From: Cycas panzhihuaensis
Lineage: Eukaryota > Plantae > Cycadophyta
Length of the DNA: 64,000 bases
Reading direction: 5' to 3'
Assembly: GCA_023213395.1 (NCBI GenBank)
Contig: CM041465.1
Location: 202,065,741 to 202,129,740, forward strand
Shown: positions 28,337-38,987 of the stretch, one piece after another
Numbering within the stretch: position 1 is the first letter of the stretch
Layout of the letters: each line of letters opens with the position of its first letter
The notes under the pieces: model-generated
Told to the model about the DNA's origin: nothing
Databases searched by the model: none
Seen by the model: the letters and a program-made list of their open reading frames with translations, nothing else
Translations under genes and position numbers: made by a program

Positions 28337-29595
28337 ATTCTCACATACCATCGGGTATATAGAGCCCTTGAATTGCCACCTGTGAACAGATATGCCATCA
28401 GATAAGACCGTCTCAACCACTAGGGGCTATTAGACAAGGAGACATTGGGATTTTTGATACTAGATTAGTAAACCTTTCTAGGTAGATAAGACACTGCTAG
28501 TACCTACGCTCATTCAGTCATCATGGCGCTACAAATGGTTGCAACTAATACCATCAAATTGTCAGGTAGTGACAACTTCTTGGCTTGGAAGAAACAAGTC
28601 AAGAATATACTTGTAATGAACAAATTGTGGACTTATGTTTTTGGTGCTACTCCTAAACCAATTCCCACTCAAGATTTAATGATCCCACTATCATTATATC
28701 AGCTTATCTTATTACCCTTGCCGCATTTAATGAAAACGATGAAGTCACACTTTCTTTCTTACATCTCTCTTGTGAAAAAAATGTCAACGAAAACATTGAA
28801 ACAACTACCACCTCCATTGAAGCATGGAACATAATCTACTCCATGTATGAGAGAAAAGACAATGCACAAGCTATCATGCTTAAGGCCCAATTGCATTCCA
28901 TTCCTTATGCTGACTCTGTCAAAGCCCATTTGACCCAAATTAAAGCATTAATGAACCAATTAACTACTCTTGGTCAACCTTTTGCAAACAATGATCTGGT
29001 GTCATCCATTGTCAATGTATACCCATTGGCTTTAACTTCCTTATTTCTAACTTGTCCCATTCCAATGGCCTTGCCACTTTGGACTTTAATATCTTTGAGG
29101 GAATTCTACTACAAGAGGAGTGTATCTTAAATAGACTTGGAGATCCTAATTCTTCCTTATCGACCCCTGCTTTAGTTGCACATCATAAAGGAACACAACA
29201 AAGACCAAATTTGAGCCAACAATTCGGTTCAATGAATTTGAACCAACAATAGCCACATCAGTTGCATACAAATCAATTAGTTTGTCATTATTGTGGCAAA
29301 CTTGGCCACACAACACCATGATGCAAGAAAAAGAGGGTTGACCAACAACAATAACAATAGAATCACCTCGCAAATTGAGGCAATCCTAACTGTGGCCACA
29401 ACAACTTCCAAGGAAACAAAAGACCAAACTAGAATGCCCAAAACACCAATCAGGTCTATGTACAAAATCAGAACTACAACCAAAGAAGGAATCAAATTCA
29501 AGGAGGCCACATGGCTAATTCTTAGAATTTGTTCTATGCTACTTCTATAGCTCATAGCACTGATAAATCCTAGTTGATAGATTCCAGAGTCTCTT

Positions 29596-31759
29596 TGTTA
29601 GAAACAATACACCCACACAATAAGAGAATGAGCACTAATAGTCCATACATTACAAATGAGAGCTTGTACATACTTATACAAAGAGTCTCTAACATAGAAG
29701 AGAGTTAGGGTCAAAGACTAACACTTAATGTTAGTTAATCTAACATAAAGTTACAATAACCAACATAAAGTTGCAGTGACTAATATAAAGTTACATGTAA
29801 TAGTACAATAGGAGAGGTGACATTATATTCTAACATCCCCTCTTAATGTCAACTCCTGGTCTTAATTCCTAGGTTGTCACATAAATACAAGAATTTGTCT
29901 TTGGCCAAAGGCTTGGTGAATATGTTTGCAAGTTGCTTTTCACTTGGATAGTACACTAATTTCACTTCTTTCTTGTCCACTTTCTCTTGGATGAAGTGGT
30001 GGTGTACTTCGATGTGCTTGGTTCTAGTGTGAAAGACATGATTCCTTGTCATCTGGATGGTGCTTTGATTATCATAGTTGATCTGACTTGGACCATGTTG
30101 GGGATGATTGAGCTCCTCCAAAAGTCTTCTAAGCTTGATGGCTTCATAAATTGCATGAACTATGGCTTGATATTCAGCATTTGTGGTGGACAATGAGACT
30201 GTTGATTACTTCTTTGTTTTCCATGAAATAATTCCGCTATTGAGATCGAAGCAATATCTAGTTGCGGATTTCCTGTTGTCTGGGTCCTTGGCCCATTTAT
30301 AATTGGAATAGCCAGATAGAAGACTAGTACACTTTTTATTGTATTGAATTCCATGATACTTTGTCCCTTGTATGTATCGAAGTATGCGTTTGATAGCTTT
30401 CCAGTGTGATTCCTTAGGAGATGACATGTATCTGGACACAATCTCCACAGCATAAACAATATTAGGCCTGGTAGATGTGAGATAGATTAGATTGCCCTCT
30501 AATTTTTGATACAGAATTGCATCTACTGGTTTATCATCCTAATCAGATGTCAGCTTGGTACTGGTACACATAGGAGTAGGAGCAGCTTTGCAGTTTGTCA
30601 TGTTAAATTCTTCTAAGATTTTTGTTGCATATTTAGACTGGTGTATAAAAATTCCATGGTTGATTCTAACAGTGCTAAACACATGATTATCTTAGACTTG
30701 TAGGCCTGTCAATAAATCTCTAGATGAGATTTGAGACAGGCAGTTTCGTGGCACTAACCGCTAACCACTGCACTACAAGTTTTCGATGGCAGGTTAGCGC
30801 TTCTTATCCTAGGGCCAGCTCAGGGTTCTATAGGGTCCTTCGATATACCTTTTGGTACGCAGAGGCTCAGATCTGTGAGTGGGTTCTATGTGAGGCTTGG
30901 GTATTGGGCCCTTTCGGTTCCCTTGACTTCACACGATGGTTTTGAATTGCCAACGTGCTTAGCCAAGAACGATAGATCCACTGCGATTATTATAGACCCC
31001 TAGAATAGGGTCTCTAAGGCATGGAACAAATAGGTGCCGAGAAAAGTTATCTACTTGCGGAACACATAGACAGATTAGGGACACTGATTTATAGAGCTTA
31101 ATGAGTAACAAGGCTTCCTTTGAAAATAATGACAAAATATATGAAAAAAGCTTGATACTGAATGGAGTTAAGTCAAGAGAATGTTTTTGAGCTAAGGAGA
31201 ATACCATTTTACAGACAGATGTACAGATGATTGTACGGACCTGCTAAAAATGAAGTTTCTCAGATTTGAATGAAACTAGTTTTGAATGAAAGCTCTTGAT
31301 ATCCGCTTTCCAAATCTGGTCTTGGTTTTTTGATTGGAGCAATCGTCATTAAGTAAAAATGGCTTAAAAAATCAAAATTGTGGCTAGGATTTTTTGCTTG
31401 TATTTTTTAGACCTAGAGATGATATAGCCCGAATCATATATCGATGGAAAGCTTGACTAAAGACCTTTCAAATGATACTAATATTGTAGGGTATCCCAAT
31501 CTGTACACTAAGAAATGAGCAAAAAAGAAAAGTGACGGTTATATGGATTTCATACCTCTTTTGGGCTTGAAAATGAAGGAATTTGTTGTCGTGCCTTTGG
31601 ACAAAGTGAGAGAGCAAGTCAAAACACCCCTACTCTTAAAATTTGAGCCGATTCTAAGAGAATTATAGACAAAGTTACAATGACTAACATAAAGTTATAG
31701 TGACTAACATAAAGTTACATGTACTAGTACAACAAGAGAGATGACATTATATTCTAACA
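29596..31759 (-). mobile_element. Z2: doubly deleted Ty1/copia element
   Basis: Complete LTR 29596-29835 with adjacent PPT. Only ~90 bp of the other LTR remains (~31670-31759). Perfect TSD CTCTT (29591-29595 and 31760-31764). RT C-terminus and RNase H at 29849-30660, then non-coding leader-like DNA. No PBS, gag or integrase. Confidence 0.9.
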
Positions 31760-33187
31760 CTCTTAACATATGACTGAAACCGAAGACTTGCTTACAAACA
31801 CTATGCTAGTAAAGAACCAAACAATGACATTTGGTGATGATATAGTATTGGAGATTGCCAAGATTGGCAATGCTCCCATTTCACTGACAAATTCAGATAT
31901 TAAACATCACCTAAAAATTGTATTCTATGTACCTGGGATGACAAAAAATTTGTTATCTGTCATTTAGATTAGTAGGCAGAGGTTTGATGTGCTCCTTAGC
32001 CACCTTGGTAAATGCTTCATCAATGATGTCAATGGCAATGTGATTGGAACCAAATATGAGGATCATGGACTTTGCAAGTTGGACACAACATCAACACCTA
32101 CATTCATGCAAGAGGATATTGGTACCTGTAGTAATTCTGCTTCAACTGCTAAAAAACAACCTGCAATTGTTACTCAGTCACTTCCCAAAGATCAATTATG
32201 GCATCAATGCCTCAGTCATCTTAATATGAATAGCCTTCAATTACTATTCAAACTAACGTAGTACATGGTCTACTAAAAATTAATCAAACTAAATGTTTTT
32301 TTGAATCTTACATTATGGGAAAGCATCACAGAAAACCCTTCAAATCCAATGGCAAAGTTTGGCATGCTCAGGAACCATTAGGCCTTGTTCACTCAGACAT
32401 TTGTGGACCCATTTCACAAGGATCAATTAATGGTTGCCGTTTTCTCGTTACCTTCATTAATGATTTTTCCCGTAAGGTCTAAGTCTAGTACCTAAAGTAG
32501 AAATCAGAAGCTTTTGAGTAATTTAAAGAATTCAAAACTAGAGCTGAACTAAAATCCAACATGGCACTCAAAATTTTATATTATGACAATGGTGATGAAT
32601 ATACCTCAAAAGAATTCACCCAAAATTGTAAGAATAATGGCATTGTTGAAGAGAGGCAGCATGTACAATATCAGCAGGAACATATAATCAAACATTCATA
32701 GGTGAAAATTGACATTGCACATGTACACATTATTTGGCAGGTGGAAAACCCCTTATGGGGAAGAAAAACCACCTCTGAAAATTAGAAATTTATTGCTAAA
32801 GGATTTTACATGGCCTTCATAACTAGGAATACCCTCTATATACTAAACTAAGAAAGGAAATCAGCCTTTGGACAGGCTTATGACAGCCTCCTAGATTCCT
32901 GGAACCAATTTCTAGAATCTAGGAGAGGCTATTTGAAGAATGAGAGGTTCATTGAAATGGGTGGTTGCTCATTTCAATGACCTTTACATAATAATTAATA
33001 ATTAACATTAGCTTTTATAAAAATGAACCTTTACATCATTTAAATTTACATTTACACATGTGATCAAAAAGATAACATTAGCTTTTCTAACATCCGCTTT
33101 TAATGTTAACTTTTTGTATAATGATAAAGGAAGTCTTCATCATGTTGATCCCCCTTTGATGGAAATTTCTTTTATCTTTAATAAATC

Positions 33188-36100
33188 TCACAGGTTTAAA
33201 AATTTGACTTCAGTTAATAATTTTGTAATAATATCAGCAACCTGTAGATCTGTAGGACAATAAGACAAATGAATAATATTGTTAGTAACAAGATTACGAA
33301 TAAAATGTTGATGCAATTCTATGTGTTTAGTTCTAGAATGAGCAACTGGATTGGTAGCAATAGCAATAGTACCTTGATTATCAACTTTAATTTCTATAGA
33401 AAAGTTAGGAAATAAACCAATTTCATTTAAGAGAGATTTGATCCAGAGTTCTTCTTTGCTTGCTTCAACGAGTGCTTGATATTCAGCTTCGGTTGTTGAT
33501 AGAGTTAAAACCTGCATTTTTTTGCTAGACCATGTGATAGCTGAAGAATCTAGAAAAAACACATAACCTTCTATTGACTTACGGTCATTTGAGTTGCCTG
33601 CCCAATCTGAATCACTATACCATGTTAAGAGGATTACTGCAAGAATTATAAGTTAGACCATAAAAAATACTATTTTGAAGATATTGAAGAATACGTTTAG
33701 CAGCTTTCCAGTGTGATTCATGTGGTTTTTGCATATAACGCGAACATAAAGCAACATAGGATATATTAGGTCGAGTATGTGTTAAATAAATTAGGCTGCC
33801 AATAAGCTGCCTATATAAAGTTGGATCACAAAGTGGTGTAGAACAATCAGTAGATAATTTAACTCCTGATTGTAAAGGATTAGAAACCAGTTTAGCATTT
33901 TCCATGTTAAACCGTTTAATTAGATTTAAAATATATTTTGGTTGAGATATGGTTATTTTTTAATCATGTTGGTAAATTTGTAATATGAGAAAATAGTGTA
34001 GAAGAGCAAGAGTGGTCATTTCGAATTTATTCATCAAGGTTATTTTTAGTTGATGAATGTTATTGTTTGAAGATTCAGTGATGATGATATCATCGACATA
34101 CATCATTAATATGGTAAGATTCTCGTTTTCACGTTTGATATAGAGATTTGGATCAGTGATACATCTAGTGTATCCAATTTGAATTAGATAGTTATCAACT
34201 TTCGTATGCCAAGCTCGAGGAGCTTGTTTCAATCCATAGATTGATTTCTTTGGTTTATAAACTAAATTAGGGTTGTCAATAAAACTAGGCGGTTAAGTCA
34301 TGTAGATCTCTTCTTTAAGATCACCATTTAGAAATGCATCTTTGACATCCATTTGATGGATTTTCCAGCTGAATTTAGCTGCTAGAGTAATAATAGTTTT
34401 AATAGTATTCATCTTTGCAACAGGGGCAAAGGTTTCATTATAATCTATACCATTGATTTGAGAAAATCCTTTCGCAACTAAGCGAGCTTTATGCTTTTCA
34501 ACAATGGCTGTTGAATTGTATTTGGTTCGATAAACCCATTTACAATCAACTATATTTTTCCCTGGTGGAAGTGGAACAAGATCCCAAGTTGAATTCTTGT
34601 TTAAAGCATCAATTTCAATTTGCATGGCTTGCTGCCATACGATATTGTTGCTTGCTTGTTTAAAGGTTTTAGGATCATCACTGCCCATTATTTTAGCCAT
34701 TGCTGCATAGTTAGCATGTAATTTTTTAGCACGAGTTCTCCTGGTATCTGAAGGATTACCTACATCAGATCCAGCATCAGAAAGTCCTTTCTTTGCCCAT
34801 ATGGGTTGTTTGTTGTGACTGTTTCTTTAGTCATGGGTTGGGATGAAGAACAAGCTTGAGAAGAAGAATCTATTCCAGTTGGTTCAGATAGAGTCCAATT
34901 CTGGACTTGTATGGATAAGGATTCTATAGTCTCAGGGTGAACTTGTTTTTCAGAGGAGTCAACCAAATAGGTGTTGGTTAACAGATTCTCAATAGGAAGT
35001 TCTATATAAGTGGAGGTTGAAGAGGATCCTTTTTCGTCAAATATTACATTACGCAAAATTGAAATTTTATGCGTGACTGGATCTAAAAGTCTGTAAGCTT
35101 TGCTCTCTTCGCTGTATCCAACGAAGATATATTTTTGACTTTTAGGATCTAGTTTTTTGCGTTTTTCTTTGGGAACATGTCCCCACGCAGTACTTCAAAA
35201 AATTCTCAGATGTTTAACTTAGGGTTTTCGTCCAGACCATTTTTGTTCTGGGGTAACGTTTTGTAAAGATTTACTAGGTAAACGGTTTAAAAGATAGTTG
35301 GAGCAGGCAATTACTTCTGCCCATAACTTTAAGTCAAGACTTTTTGCATGTAATATGCATTGAGTCATTTTAACAAGAGTACGGTTCTTGCGTTCAGCAA
35401 CACCGTTTTGCTGAGGAGTATAGGCAACAGAATGCTGAAATTGAATTCCGTGCCTCTTACAAAAGGAAGTGAATTTGCCGCTTAAATATTCTTTGGCATT
35501 ATCAGATCTGAAATTTTTAATTTTCTAGTTTGATTGATTTTCTACAAGTGTTTTGAATTCAGTGAAGATATCAAACACTTGATTACGAGTTTTGAGTGTG
35601 TACACCCAACATTTTCTCAAAAAATCATCAATAAACATGACAAAATAACGACAGCCAAAATATGAAGTTACATGGAACGGTCCACATATATCAAAGTGAA
35701 CAAGTTCAAGTGGAACTTTCGCTCTGAATTGAGTCTGATGTGGAAAAGGATCCATGTGTTGCTTACCTGTTACGCAGGCTTTGCAAACACCATAGACAGT
35801 AGTTAAAGGTGGAAGACCATGAACCATGTCATGTCTTTTTAGGTACTGAAGTTTTCCATAACTGGTATGGTCGAATCGTGCATGCCATAGTTTACTGACT
35901 AGGTCAGATTTGGCTATAAAAGCACTAAAGAACTTTGTTTTAGTATTTTGTAAACTAGTTAAGCTATAAAGACCTGTTTTATGATCAACAGGTCCAAAGG
36001 CAATAGATTTGAATTTGTTTAATGGTTCTTTAATAATAAAATTGTCTTTCCAAAATTCGACAACAAGGTCTTTTTGGCAGATTTGGTAGACAGAGAGAAG

Positions 36101-37339
36101 ATTTGGTAACAAACCAGGCACGTAGAATACGTCCTTGATTGAACCATCTTTCAAAGTGACATCACCTGATCCTTTCACTTTGAGTTGGGATCCACTCCCA
36201 AAAGAAATCTCTTCTTCAGAGTTAGTATCGGATTGATAAGTGGATAAATTCTCCTAGTGTCCTGTCATGTGATGGGAAGCACCAGAGTCAAGAATCCATT
36301 GAGGTGATTGATTAGATGGAGTAACAAATGCAGAAGTTGTTGCCGTTAAAAAACGATTATGAAATTGTGGTCGGGATTGTGGTCGAGTTTGCAATCCCTT
36401 GGAAGCTTTCCAGGCTTCTGAAGCTATTCTACTTCAGCAGACGTCAATAGTGTGGCTTTTTTTACGGCAGTAGGCACAACTAATATTCTGAGAAGGATTA
36501 ACAGTGTTCCGATTTGAAAGAGACTGATTAGAAGTATTCTGATATTTAAGTGGACCAGAATACTTAGTATTGTTTTGAGAACTAGGAGGTGGATCTCTAT
36601 GAGGTTTTTGGAATTTTGGATTACTATTAAAGTTGTTATGATGTTTAGTTTTATTTTGAGGCTTAGATTTAGAAAAGAAAGCCTCAGAAGGATCTTTCAA
36701 TTTACTTGTTTGAATTAACATCGTTTGATGTTCTATCAGTTGGTTTGTCAACTGATTAAAAGTTATCGGAGGATTACCAGCTTGTTGTTTGGCAGTCTTG
36801 AAAAGATTAAAATGTTTTGGTAGTTTATTTATCGCAAGACGTACGAGCGTATCATCGTCTTTAGCATGTGTGACTATTTGTTCTACATCACCTACTTTAA
36901 TTGTAGTTTTAATACAATTGCTTAGATCTTTATTAATTAGTTGAATTTTGGATAAAAACTCTTCGACTTTAGAAAATTCATCATAATTAAGGTCATACAA
37001 TTGCTGCTCTAGGATAGCCAATTGTTGTGTGTCGACCTTATCATATTTCTCCTTGAGAGTATTCCAGACAGTGGCTAGATTGTCTGTATCAGAGAGCTGC
37101 CTACTGATTTCTAGTGAGAGTGACGTCAGGATGGTGCCTAGGGCTGAATCAAAGTTCATCAGATGTACCATATAGCTTTCTGAAGTTGCATCTTTTGGTT
37201 TTTTGAATTCACCTGTTATATATCGCCATATCTTCTATTGTTTATGCTGATGGGAAATACGATTCCTCCAGTCGACATAGTTTGAGCCGTTTAGAACTGG
37301 AATCGGAACGCAGGTGGTTGTCCCTAGCATTAGTGCCAT
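33188..37339 (-). pseudogene. Z3 gag-pol pseudogene
   Basis: Start MALMLGTTTCVPIPVLNGSNYVDW at 37339. Knuckle CAYCRKKSHTIDVC, PR WILDSGASHHMTG, IN VHFDICGP, RT HKARLVAKG and MYVDD, RH SRTKHIELHQHFIR. Confidence 0.94.
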
Positions 37340-38469
37340 ATTGGGAATTGTAAACGCTGATTAGAAGTCTGTTTAAGTCAGAAGATTTGGAAAATTTAGA
37401 TGAATAAGTATAGCTGATAAAAGTCACATAAAAAATTACCAAACATCAGAGTAATCCTATTAACATTTCACAAACATGTTTAAGAAACTGAAAATCATTG
37501 TTATTAAGTTTGTTTGGATATCCTTAAATATTCATTTTTTCTAAAAAAATTTAATAGTCCCTCTTGTTGTTTAAAGAAATATGTTTGAAAAATAATTTAC
37601 TTGTTCAATTATTAGCAAAAGAGTTAAATAACAAAAAGAAAATTTTAAATAAAGTTTTAAATAGTTCTTCTTTAGAGGAAAGAGAGTAGTTGCTCACTTA
37701 AGATGACTTTTTAAAGTGTTTAGAGATAAATATGTAAGAGATACTAGAAATTTTTTTTACTAAGTGATGAAATGAAGCCCTTCCAGTGTGTACAGTAGAT
37801 GCATATTAAGTTTACCGAGTGATCAAACCTAAAGAGTATGATTTATAAGGGTGAAGCTCAGTTAAACATAATTAAGGCTATTAGGATCTCTATCATTGTT
37901 GAGTTATTAAATTCATAGTCAATTCCATAATTTAAATGTGAACTACAAAGAGAGTAATAATAGATAACGAATGCATAGCACTAATAGGCTAATAAGACAT
38001 ATTAAGCCATCATAACTATCCTCATTCTTTAATAATAGCTAAATAAAGTCATATTATTATCTTAGTCCTTTCAAAAAATTGAATGGCTAATATAATAAGA
38101 AGGGAGGTTAATGTTAATATTAAAGTGTAGAGGGGGGGGGGGGGGGGGCAAATTTTAATATTAAAATGTAGTAAGGGGAAGTTAATGTTAATGTTAAATC
38201 GATTTAAAGAATGGGAGAGGAATGCCCTTTAATGTTAATGTTAAGTCGATTTAACTATGTTTAGTTTGAAATATATAATATAAAAAAAAAAAAAAAAAAA
38301 AAAAAGTGGAGTGAGGCAGATCCGACAGATTTTTATTTTTATAAAAGAAAGTTAGTTTGAAATGAAATTTGGGGTCCGAGGGGGGGAAGATTAGTGAAAC
38401 CCTACCTGTATAATCTCTGTGGCGACGGCTGGTTCATCGTCTTCGATTTGCAGAGATGGCTTGCTCGAC

Positions 38470-38987
38470 GAGGATTTCAACAACAGGCTGGTTAACCATT
38501 TCGTGTAGGAATTCAAGAGGAAGCACAAGAAGAATTTCACAGTGAACTCTCGGGTTCTGAGAAGGCTGAGAACGTCCTGCGAGAGGGCCAAACCGACTCT
38601 GTCCTCCACGGCCCAGACGACTGTCAAGATCGATTCCCTGTACGACGGCATAGATTTCTATTCGACGATCACTAGGGCCAAATTCGAGGAGCTCAACATG
38701 GACATGTTTAGGAGATGCACAGAGCCCGTGGAGAAGTGCCTGAGGGATGCGAAGATGGACAAGGGTTCCATCCAGGACATAGTGCTGGTCAGGGGTTCGA
38801 CTCGCATCCCAGAGTCCAGCAGCTGCTGCAGGATTTCTTCAACGGGAAGGAGCTTTGCAAGAGCATCAATCCGAGCGAGGCCGTCGCCTACGGCGTGGCA
38901 TTCTAGGCCACCATTCTGAGCGGCGAGGGAAACAAGAGGGTTCAGGATTTCCTGTTATTAGACATCGCCCCTCTGTCCCCTGGCGTC
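38470..38987 (+). pseudogene. HSP70: Captured cytosolic HSP70 fragment (C-terminal part of ATPase domain plus linker), antisense to Z3
   Basis: [20 protein letters not shown]...[21 protein letters not shown]...[15 protein letters not shown]...[34 protein letters not shown]...[22 protein letters not shown]. Stops at 38506 and 38904 (Gln positions) and one frameshift near 38810. GC-rich island in AT-rich DNA; no intron. Confidence 0.96.

Noticed and set aside
30696-30780. Hammerhead ribozyme
   Set aside because: A three-way fold and a GAAAC occur on the minus strand, but the CUGANGA core is absent. The similar TAGATGAGGAC...GTCGTAAA near 22951-22982 also fails the consensus.
38282-38305. A-run as the poly(A) tail of an HSP70 retrocopy
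   Set aside because: It lies upstream of the fragment on the coding strand, in a low-complexity tract that also has a G-run.
38542-38919. Functional HSP70 gene
   Set aside because: Internal fragment only, with two stops and a frameshift, inside a retrotransposon.
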